This document shows positions 44,582 to 51,250 of a DNA stretch of 64,000 nucleotides, piece by piece. Numbering within the stretch: position 1 is the stretch's first letter; every line of letters starts with the position of its first letter. The notes under the pieces are model-generated. The model saw nothing but the letters and a program-made list of their open reading frames with translations, made no database searches and was not told where the DNA came from. The translations under genes were made by a program, and so were the position numbers. The stretch is from a virus (Duplodnaviria; Caudoviricetes): IMG/VR virus record IMGVR_UViG_3300037454_000194, positions 6,212 to 70,211 of that record; one strand, 5' to 3'.

Positions 44582-44875
44582 ATGCCACATAAAGCTCATG
44601 ATTTGTCTGATATTTTGAAAGGTCATTATGTTAAGTGTGGGGAAAGTTTAATGGCCAAGGTTGAGTGCCCGTGCTGTGGGGCTCTACATTTTAAAGATTC
44701 GATTGATTGTAATGTAAGACATCTAGAGTATTGTGAGTATCCTGATGGTGCACATAAAGACTTTGTTGCTGATACTACCTGTGAAAATTGCGGGTATTAC
44801 GTTGAGGATTGTCCTCTATATGAGATTGGTAAAGTTGCCGATATGTATAGAGACTATAAATTTGAGGAGGAATGA
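44582..44875 (+). CDS. Zinc-ribbon protein
   Basis: VECPCCGA..TTCENCG. Confidence 0.75.
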   Translation: MPHKAHDLSDILKGHYVKCGESLMAKVECPCCGALHFKDSIDCNVRHLEYCEYPDGAHKDFVADTTCENCGYYVEDCPLYEIGKVADMYRDYKFEEE

Positions 44876-44878
44876 GTT

Positions 44879-46462
44879 ATGAGACTTGAGAATGCGGAAA
44901 TCGGTCAGTGGGAGACGAAACTTAGTAATAATCTTACTGATACCATTGAGGTTACTATTCGGGCTGTTGTTATTAAGGACCTGCTTGGACCTACCTTTGC
45001 ATCACCTATGGTAAGAAAAGACTTTGAGAATTATATTTCTAAGTACGAATATGGCGATGGGCTCGTTGGCGGCGAGAAGACTAAGAGTGAATTGTTCCAA
45101 GAGCTTTGCCGTGTTAAGAAAGAGCTTTCTGATATGAAACTTGAGAACACTTCTCTTAAGATGAAAGTTAAGGACCTTGAAGATGGTCTTGAAGCTAATC
45201 GTGAGGAGCAGAAGGAGTGGCGTCAGAGATTTTTAAACATGAGAAACACCCTTGGCGGTCTTATAGATAGCGAATACGGTGGATATTTGCCTGATGATAA
45301 GATTATTGGACATTTTACAGAGATTGAGAAAGAGCTTGAGTCAGAAAAAGAAGCTCATAGAAAGTGGGAACAGAAATTCGTATCTTTCAGAAACAGACTT
45401 GGTGATATTTTTGATCCCATGTACACCTGCTATCATGATGAGGATGATATTGTTGTGAGATTCACGGCCATGAGGAACGATGCGAGATACACCGAGAAAC
45501 GTAATACTGAACTTGAAAAGGACCTTATGGCTGTGGCTGATATTTTGCAGGTTACTGGTCGGCGGACTGTTCACGATATTCTTGACAAGGCGCATTACTG
45601 GGTTCATGAAAGAAGCGTGGACGACGAAGAGCTTAAGATGATTCTCAAAATGGATCTTGATGCTAGTCGCGAGGATATTCTTGATAGGATTGATTTGATG
45701 GTAAAAGAGGCCTGCGAGTGCGAAGAGGCTCATGCGGCGCTTATGAATGTCTACAACGCTTGTCTTCCTGCTAAAATGAACCTCGCTGCTGATGCCAGCG
45801 TAATGGATATGTCTAAAGAGATTGTGCATATTATCACTAATAAGGAGAAACTCAGAAACATGGATGCTGTAATTCTTGGAGATTTCCTGTCCTTTAGAGA
45901 TAAGGTTAAGAAGATGGTTGGATGTGAGTCTAATGAATGCTCTGAGATTCTGGATATTTTGAATAGGCATCTTGAGGAGAAGAAGGATCTTTCTGGTAAA
46001 CTTGAGATGATCTGCAGATTCCGTGATGATATTGCGGCAACTCTTGGTTCCGTTGGTGACTATTCTCTGGATGATATTGTGTGTGAGGTTCATCGTGAGG
46101 TTCGTCGTGCAGTACTTCTTGCTGAGAAGGTGGAATTTATCTGTGGATATTTTAATGTCAAACAGATTCCTCTTACAGCTCTTGCAGAAAATCTTTGTCT
46201 TGAGATTAAAGAGAATGTCATCTCTAAGTACAAAACTGAGGTGGCTCTCAAACGCGGTGATGCTATTCGTGATGCTGCAAAGAAGGCCGGATCTGCTGGT
46301 AACGGTGTATATCTTGATGGTATGACAGTTGAGCAGAATCTTAGAGCTGAGAACGTAAGACTTAAAGCGGAATGTGAGAAACACAAGGAGTACATTGAAG
46401 AGCTTGAGGGTCATCTTGATATTATTCATGGTGAGGCTGCTGCGGCTCTTGGGTATGAGTGA
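44879..46462 (+). CDS. Long coiled-coil protein with internal repeats of about 45 aa
   Basis: WRQRF..RNTLGGLID / WEQKF..RNRLGDIFD repeat; helical throughout. Confidence 0.75.
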   Translation: MRLENAEIGQWETKLSNNLTDTIEVTIRAVVIKDLLGPTFASPMVRKDFENYISKYEYGDGLVGGEKTKSELFQELCRVKKELSDMKLENTSLKMKVKDLEDGLEANREEQKEWRQRFLNMRNTLGGLIDSEYGGYLPDDKIIGHFTEIEKELESEKEAHRKWEQKFVSFRNRLGDIFDPMYTCYHDEDDIVVRFTAMRNDARYTEKRNTELEKDLMAVADILQVTGRRTVHDILDKAHYWVHERSVDDEELKMILKMDLDASREDILDRIDLMVKEACECEEAHAALMNVYNACLPAKMNLAADASVMDMSKEIVHIITNKEKLRNMDAVILGDFLSFRDKVKKMVGCESNECSEILDILNRHLEEKKDLSGKLEMICRFRDDIAATLGSVGDYSLDDIVCEVHREVRRAVLLAEKVEFICGYFNVKQIPLTALAENLCLEIKENVISKYKTEVALKRGDAIRDAAKKAGSAGNGVYLDGMTVEQNLRAENVRLKAECEKHKEYIEELEGHLDIIHGEAAAALGYE

Positions 46463-46562
46463 TGATTTTAGATAAGTATAAGGCAAAGACCCGTGGGATG
46501 TTATATTCTGCGGGTCTAAAAAGCCCAGCACCTCTATTAATCATACCCACCTTATAAGATAA

Positions 46563-46642
46563 GCCCAGGTGGTGGAATTGGCAGACACGTTGGATTTAGG
46601 TTCCAATGAGAAATCATGCGGGTTCGAGTCCCGTCCTGGGTA
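46563..46642 (+). tRNA. tRNA-Leu(UAG)
   Basis: Acceptor GCCCAGG/CCTGGGT, D arm GTGGAATTGGCAGACAC, anticodon stem TTGGA/TCCAA with loop TT-TAG-GT, variable arm, T arm GCGGG-TTCGAGT-CCCGT. Confidence 0.92.
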
Positions 46643-46671
46643 TTATATTTCTAGCGAACGGGTTCTCAAAA

Positions 46672-46689
46672 TTTTCAATCCCTATAATG
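46672..46689 (+). promoter_or_regulatory. Phage promoter motif
   Basis: TTTTCA ATCCC TATAAT G. Confidence 0.8.
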
Positions 46690-46816
46690 GAGGAGGATAA
46701 TGAAGTGTAGCTAATCGAATCTACACGATGGATTTGAAACTCCGAACTATATTATAGAGGACTTAAAGACGTAATTGATCAAAATTAATGATTAAGGGTC
46801 AAGTCCTCTACTTTTT
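46689..46816 (+). ncRNA. Candidate small RNA downstream of tRNA-Leu
   Basis: Promoter 46672; hairpins GTGTAG/CTACAC and TAGAGGACTT/AAGTCCTCTA followed by a T-run; only 4- and 9-codon ORFs. Confidence 0.45.
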
Positions 46817-46861
46817 GGACTCTATAATCAGGGTCTATTATATTTTATAGGAGGTAATACT

Positions 46862-47278
46862 ATGGATGCTTTAAGAGAGGAGCTTGATGACATGGAGAAG
46901 GATAAAAGACGCAAGGGGACGGAAGCTCTTGACAGGTTCTTTGCGGAGCTTGATAGGAATCCGATGGCTTTTATGCGAGATGGGTCGGTTGGGATGACTG
47001 AAGTTTTGGAGCACAGTCGTCAGATGGAGAAGGCTCGTTGCATGCGGAAGATTACTGTCATGAAAGCAAGACTTGAATCATTATATTCTGAGATGCAAAG
47101 CTTGGGTCTTGATATGATGGAGGACAAGGCCTATGCTTCTAAGGGTGAGGAGGTTATGCATCATCTTAATGCGGCTATCACTGGGTATTATGAGCTTATC
47201 GACTACTACACTGAAGAGCTTAGCATCTTGGGATTTCGTGTCTTAGATTTGGAGGTTGAAGCTAATGGTCATCAGTGA
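46862..47278 (+). CDS. Hypothetical helical protein
   Basis: RBS AGGAGG. Confidence 0.7.
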   Translation: MDALREELDDMEKDKRRKGTEALDRFFAELDRNPMAFMRDGSVGMTEVLEHSRQMEKARCMRKITVMKARLESLYSEMQSLGLDMMEDKAYASKGEEVMHHLNAAITGYYELIDYYTEELSILGFRVLDLEVEANGHQ

Positions 47279-47624
47279 AGATGCTATCTTTAACATGGCA
47301 TATCGCGGGTCGGATGGGGATATTTACGACTTCTTTAACATCTCTGACGAAGGAATTGGGGTTCTTGAGGGGTCTGCTGCGGATATTTACACTGTCGAGG
47401 ACGCTGTTGATAAGCTTCTTGAGCATATTGACTGGATTAACGACAAAATCTCTGAGACTTACAATGGTTACAAACACGTAGGGATGTTGCAGCTTGAGCA
47501 TCGTGATACTGACTATAGTGGAGTGTATGAGAAGATTAATGAGGATATCGCATACTACATGACGGCTAAGGAGTGTCTTATAGATGATATTACTCGGCTT
47601 ACAGGTCATCAGGTTCCGTGGTGA
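47265..47624 (+). CDS. Hypothetical protein
   Basis: RBS GGAGG; C-terminal half resembles the C-terminal half of the 46862 ORF (helical, YY..K/E). Confidence 0.7.
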   Translation: MVISEDAIFNMAYRGSDGDIYDFFNISDEGIGVLEGSAADIYTVEDAVDKLLEHIDWINDKISETYNGYKHVGMLQLEHRDTDYSGVYEKINEDIAYYMTAKECLIDDITRLTGHQVPW

Positions 47625-47642
47625 TGAAGTCAATTAAGAAAT

Positions 47643-47677
47643 AAAGCTATATGCTCAATTCAGGGCCTATAGCTTTT
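47643..47677 (+). terminator. 3' hairpin
   Basis: AAAGCTATA/TATAGCTTT. Confidence 0.6.
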
Positions 47678-47737
47678 CTCTATTATATTCTGAATGGAAC
47701 TATAAACTAAAGTTAGATGCTCTACAATGCCTCTAGC

Positions 47738-47850
47738 AGCCTCTGAGAGCTTCGTATAGGCGTTTTAAGAGGGGTTTCTCCTACACTATATTACCAGTGT
47801 TTCAAACATACAAGGCGTCTCTGTGCGTCTGTACGGGGCTCTGAGAGGCT
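47738..47850 (+). ncRNA. Long intergenic stem with a multi-hairpin interior
   Basis: 25-nt arms 47738-62 and 47826-50 pair with four G-T wobbles and one mismatch. Confidence 0.45.
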
Positions 47851-47892
47851 ATCTGGGAGTGGTTTTTGTTATATTTTTGTAATGTCTTAATT

Positions 47893-47910
47893 CTTTCAGC
47901 CTCTATAATG
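47893..47910 (+). promoter_or_regulatory. Phage promoter motif
   Basis: CTTTCA GCCTC TATAAT G, then GGAA-ACTA-TTCC. Confidence 0.75.
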
Positions 47911-47939
47911 GAAACTATTCCGGAAAGGAGGTGATATTT

Positions 47940-48158
47940 ATGAGAAGTAAGGAAGAAATTGCAATGATAGCCAATGAGATACATGAAGCTGTACAAAGGA
48001 AAATAATACTTGATGATTCAAAGCGGCTAATGAAGAAGTATGCACCGAATATTATGCATACTATCGGACTGGCTGCGATTATCAATGGTGTTACGATTCC
48101 GACATTGAAGAATAAAAGCATCATGACAGCGGCGGAACGCATATTAAATGAAAAATAG
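47940..48158 (+). CDS. Small hypothetical protein (cassette gene)
   Basis: Promoter 47893, RBS AAAGGAGGTGA. Confidence 0.7.
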   Translation: MRSKEEIAMIANEIHEAVQRKIILDDSKRLMKKYAPNIMHTIGLAAIINGVTIPTLKNKSIMTAAERILNEK

Positions 48159-48212
48159 AACGATAAGGTTTCCAATAAGGATACGCTCTAATCAAGGGCT
48201 ATCCTTATTATA

Positions 48213-48230
48213 TTTTCAGCTCCTCTAATG
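48213..48230 (+). promoter_or_regulatory. Phage promoter motif (variant)
   Basis: TTTTCA GCTCC TCTAAT G, then RBS directly. Confidence 0.7.
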
Positions 48231-48246
48231 AAAGGAGGTGGAAAGA

Positions 48247-48516
48247 ATGGTAATAAAGTTTATAAGATTCTTGGCAGTATTTATATTCTGCATTCCTGTT
48301 TTGGCTATTACTGCGATACATGTAGTTGCGGAGTTCTTTATTTTTCGTTATTACTGTCTCGAAATGGAGATGTTTCGGGATTTTGGTGACGAAGATGGCA
48401 TGAATAAAATGGCTTCTATGGCTGTAGACGCTTTGAGCATTAGTCCAAAACAAGCTAGGATGTTGAACGAGGCGGCCGGGAAAGAAGTCGTTACTATTAC
48501 TACTACCCGAAAATAA
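48247..48516 (+). CDS. Membrane protein (cassette gene)
   Basis: Promoter 48213, N-terminal TM, terminator 48523. Confidence 0.7.
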   Translation: MVIKFIRFLAVFIFCIPVLAITAIHVVAEFFIFRYYCLEMEMFRDFGDEDGMNKMASMAVDALSISPKQARMLNEAAGKEVVTITTTRK

Positions 48517-48522
48517 CTATTT

Positions 48523-48577
48523 AAAGAGCCCTGTCGAACTGTAAAAGGTTCAGGGGCTCTAATCTTTCTCTATTTTT
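48523..48577 (+). terminator. 3' hairpin, copy 1 of an approximately 55-bp direct repeat
   Basis: AGAGCCCTGTCGAACTGT..GTTCAGGGGCTCTAATCTTTCTCTATTTTT. Confidence 0.75.
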
Positions 48578-48583
48578 GTGTTA

Positions 48584-48601
48584 TTTTCAGCCTCTATAAT
48601 G
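48584..48601 (+). promoter_or_regulatory. Phage promoter motif
   Basis: TTTTCA GCCTC TATAAT G, then GGTC-GAAA-GGCC. Confidence 0.8.
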
Positions 48602-48628
48602 GTCGAAAGGCCAGAAAGGAGTGGTAAT

Positions 48629-49063
48629 ATGGATATTACTAAGAAAAAGTACCCTTTTGTAAAATGGGTGAAGAAAGGAGGTAAAATAAGTCCAATAGAA
48701 GAGCTTGTCTTGGATAGATTTTTATCTAAGAGGTTTTCTTCGTATGATGAATTTGCAAGGCTCTTGTTTAACGAGAGAATCGACTCTTGGAACGAGGATG
48801 CTAATCTGGTATTTCAAAACACGCGTTTCGGAATTGAATCGTTGTTTGACTATTATGATTACATTAGAAGAGAGTATGATGATACTGTTCGTAAATGTAA
48901 GGAATTGCAAGATCTTGTATGTTTTGGAAAACTAAGAGTAAAGAAGATCAACAAGGCACATGGATATGCTCTGATATGGGAAATCGGTAAATACTGTTGT
49001 ATCCAGTGTACACGAGAGTACGAAGATTGGTATAAATTCATTTATCGCAAGATTGATGACTAA
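48629..49063 (+). CDS. Hypothetical protein (cassette gene flanked by a direct repeat)
   Basis: Promoter 48584, RBS AAAGGAG, terminator 49074. Confidence 0.75.
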   Translation: MDITKKKYPFVKWVKKGGKISPIEELVLDRFLSKRFSSYDEFARLLFNERIDSWNEDANLVFQNTRFGIESLFDYYDYIRREYDDTVRKCKELQDLVCFGKLRVKKINKAHGYALIWEIGKYCCIQCTREYEDWYKFIYRKIDD

Positions 49064-49073
49064 ATGACCACTA

Positions 49074-49128
49074 AAAGAGCCCTGTCGGACTGTAATTAGT
49101 TCAGGGGCTCTAATCTTTCTCTATTTTT
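49074..49128 (+). terminator. 3' hairpin, copy 2 of an approximately 55-bp direct repeat
   Basis: AGAGCCCTGTCGGACTGT..GTTCAGGGGCTCTAATCTTTCTCTATTTTT. Confidence 0.75.
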
Positions 49129-49148
49129 ATTATATTTAGGAGGTTTTT

Positions 49149-49358
49149 ATGTTTGATTATGCGATTTCTGTACTGAAGAGTCGTCAAGAAGAGCTTTTGC
49201 GTGAGAAAATAGGCGATGGACGGGTTAATGAAGTGAATCTTGGGCTTATTATGGCTCGAGAAAGTCGTATTTTGGAGCTAGGAGACGTTATTGAGCTTCT
49301 TTCTGGGCTCTCTTCGGATATTTGTAAAGATTTGGAGGGTAAAGATGACCAATTTTGA
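49149..49358 (+). CDS. Small hypothetical protein
   Basis: RBS AGGAGG. Confidence 0.65.
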   Translation: MFDYAISVLKSRQEELLREKIGDGRVNEVNLGLIMARESRILELGDVIELLSGLSSDICKDLEGKDDQF

Positions 49359-49551
49359 CTCTATTAAAGCGGGTTCCCCTGAGGATATTGCTGATATTTT
49401 GGTGTTTGCGTGGCTTAGTGGCATGCTTTGTGAGAGATTTCCTTTTGATGAGTTTACCAAAGACGATGTCATGCGTATTGCTGGGCTAGAAAAGGGTCGG
49501 AAACTCAAAGAATTCTACCTTAAATGGCTTGAGACTGAGGCAGAGGAGTGA
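49345..49551 (+). CDS. Small conserved phage protein (MTNFDxIK...KWLxxE type)
   Basis: RBS GGAGGG; TNFDSIKAGSPEDIADIL..LKWLETEAE. Confidence 0.7.
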   Translation: MTNFDSIKAGSPEDIADILVFAWLSGMLCERFPFDEFTKDDVMRIAGLEKGRKLKEFYLKWLETEAEE

Positions 49552-49746
49552 TATTTTGTGGATTTTTTGTTAGGACAAGTTGAAAATGTGTTGTAAGCGC
49601 CCCTTGTTCACTGATTTTTCGCTGTGAGGTGCGAGATTTTTGTGAGAAGGTGGGCGGATTGTGGACTCGGAGGTTTAAACTTTGATGCGAAATGTGATAG
49701 TTTTGTGATAGAAATGTGAAAATTGTGTGATATTTTGGAGGTTTTT

Positions 49747-50076
49747 ATGGGTAAATTAGATGATACGACTCGTGAGATCATTGAAAAGGATATTTCTAAT
49801 GCTAAAATGCTTCAGAAGTCCTTAGCTACGGATAGTATGAGCACTATTGATGGTGTTTTGGATACTATTAACGCTCAGCTTCATGTATATTCGTTGCTTT
49901 TGGGTGGCAGCACTGCTGGAAATCCTGATCATGAGTATTATAAGCGAGCTGTTGCATACTATGAAGAGCAAAAATTCCTTATGAATTGGATTAAAAAGGG
50001 GTTCAAAGGCATAGAATCGAGCACTTTAAACTATGTTGCGGGTCTTGAGAAGGATATTTTGGGTGTTAAGGAGTGA
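49747..50076 (+). CDS. Hypothetical helical protein
   Basis: RBS GGAGG. Confidence 0.7.
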   Translation: MGKLDDTTREIIEKDISNAKMLQKSLATDSMSTIDGVLDTINAQLHVYSLLLGGSTAGNPDHEYYKRAVAYYEEQKFLMNWIKKGFKGIESSTLNYVAGLEKDILGVKE

Positions 50077-50495
50077 AAATTGTGAAGAAAAAGGGTAAAA
50101 TTGGGTCTGTAATCGTCGATTATCATGGAAAATTTGCCTCAGAAGAGCCTGATTTGGACTTAGAATTCGGTTTTCCGGTGTGTCCTGAGTGTTTTTCGGC
50201 GGATATTTTTTGTGAAGAGGTCGCTTTTGAGGGGCCTGTTAAGCATTTTTGTGGGATTTTGGAGGTTAGAACGCGGTATAGGACATGCTTTTGCGAGAAT
50301 TGTGAGTGTAGATTTCGTCAAATTGGTAAGAAAAAGTACCATTTTAAGCCTCTAAATCTTATACTTTGGGGGTCTTGGGTGGCGATTGTAGCGGGTTTAG
50401 TACTTCCTTTTGTGTTTGATGAGGGGACTTTTGTGATGCTTTTTGCGTTCGGATTGGTTGTTTTGGCCATTTGTTGCGATGTTTCGGATATTTGA
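50073..50495 (+). CDS. Zinc-ribbon plus TM protein
   Basis: VCPECFSAD..CFCENCECRF; two C-terminal hydrophobic segments. Confidence 0.7.
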   Translation: MKIVKKKGKIGSVIVDYHGKFASEEPDLDLEFGFPVCPECFSADIFCEEVAFEGPVKHFCGILEVRTRYRTCFCENCECRFRQIGKKKYHFKPLNLILWGSWVAIVAGLVLPFVFDEGTFVMLFAFGLVVLAICCDVSDI

Positions 50496-50498
50496 GAG

Positions 50499-50753
50499 GT
50501 GATTTTTGAGGTGAAAAAGGGTGCTGATGAGTGGAATAATGATGGTAAAAATAAGCTCAGAAGGTTCAAAATTATAGCTATTTTGCGGGTTGTGTGTGTT
50601 GTTTTAAGCATTATTTTCTTGACTTTTGCTCGGTTTTTTAGTAGAAATCGGGAGGGGAATGGCGTTCTTTTGGGTTGGATTTCTTCTATTTTGAGCCTCA
50701 TTTTTGGGGTTTTAGGAGTCTTTTTAGAGAAGGTTTTGAGGAGTGAAATTTGA
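50499..50753 (+). CDS. Two-TM hypothetical protein (start uncertain)
   Basis: Two hydrophobic helices; very T/G-rich DNA. Confidence 0.5.
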   Translation: MIFEVKKGADEWNNDGKNKLRRFKIIAILRVVCVVLSIIFLTFARFFSRNREGNGVLLGWISSILSLIFGVLGVFLEKVLRSEI

Positions 50754-50789
50754 GTTTTTGAGGTCATTTTACGGATATTTTTGGGCTAT

Positions 50790-51200
50790 TTGTGAGGGGT
50801 TAAAATGTCTGTAAATTTGGTCGATTTTTATGTAAATTTTGCCTCATTTTGGCACTAAAAATTGCACTATTTTTGCACGGAAAAATTTTTGGGTCATTTT
50901 TTAGGCCATTTTTGAGTGATTTTTCGAGGCAAAAAATGGTCGATTTTGGGGGTCTGCACGGAAAAAAAGGGTGCATGCACGGAAAATTTTTCAAAAAGGG
51001 TGCAGAAAAAACCACGTAATATGGCCAAAAAATGACTCTCTGCACGGAATCACGGAAAATTTTACTATTTTTAATTAGTATATAAATGTTGTTATATATA
51101 TATAGATTAAAAAAGCAAAAAAGGTGCAGATTTTCCGTGCAAAAGTATTAATTTGCAAGAGGTCGATTTGAGGGTTAAAATGAGGCAAAAATGACATGAT
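50790..51200. other. Putative replication origin (iterons plus AT-rich unwinding element)
   Basis: (G)CACGGAA(A) at 50875, 50956, 50977, 51042, 51051 and inverted TTTTCCGTGC at 51131, flanking an AT-rich tract at 51061-51120; non-coding; directly upstream of the helicase-primase gene. Confidence 0.7.
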
Positions 51201-51250
51201 TTTAGGTGACAAAATGGCGTTTCAGGCATTATATTTTCAGGAGGTAAACT

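Noticed and set aside
45341-46531. 396-aa reverse-strand ORF
   Set aside because: Antisense shadow of the 527-aa gene; no RBS or promoter, and composition typical of a codon-bias artefact
49548-49690. Possible frameshifted Cys-rich gene remnant
   Set aside because: Fragments in different frames in very T/G-rich DNA; nothing to anchor a pseudogene call
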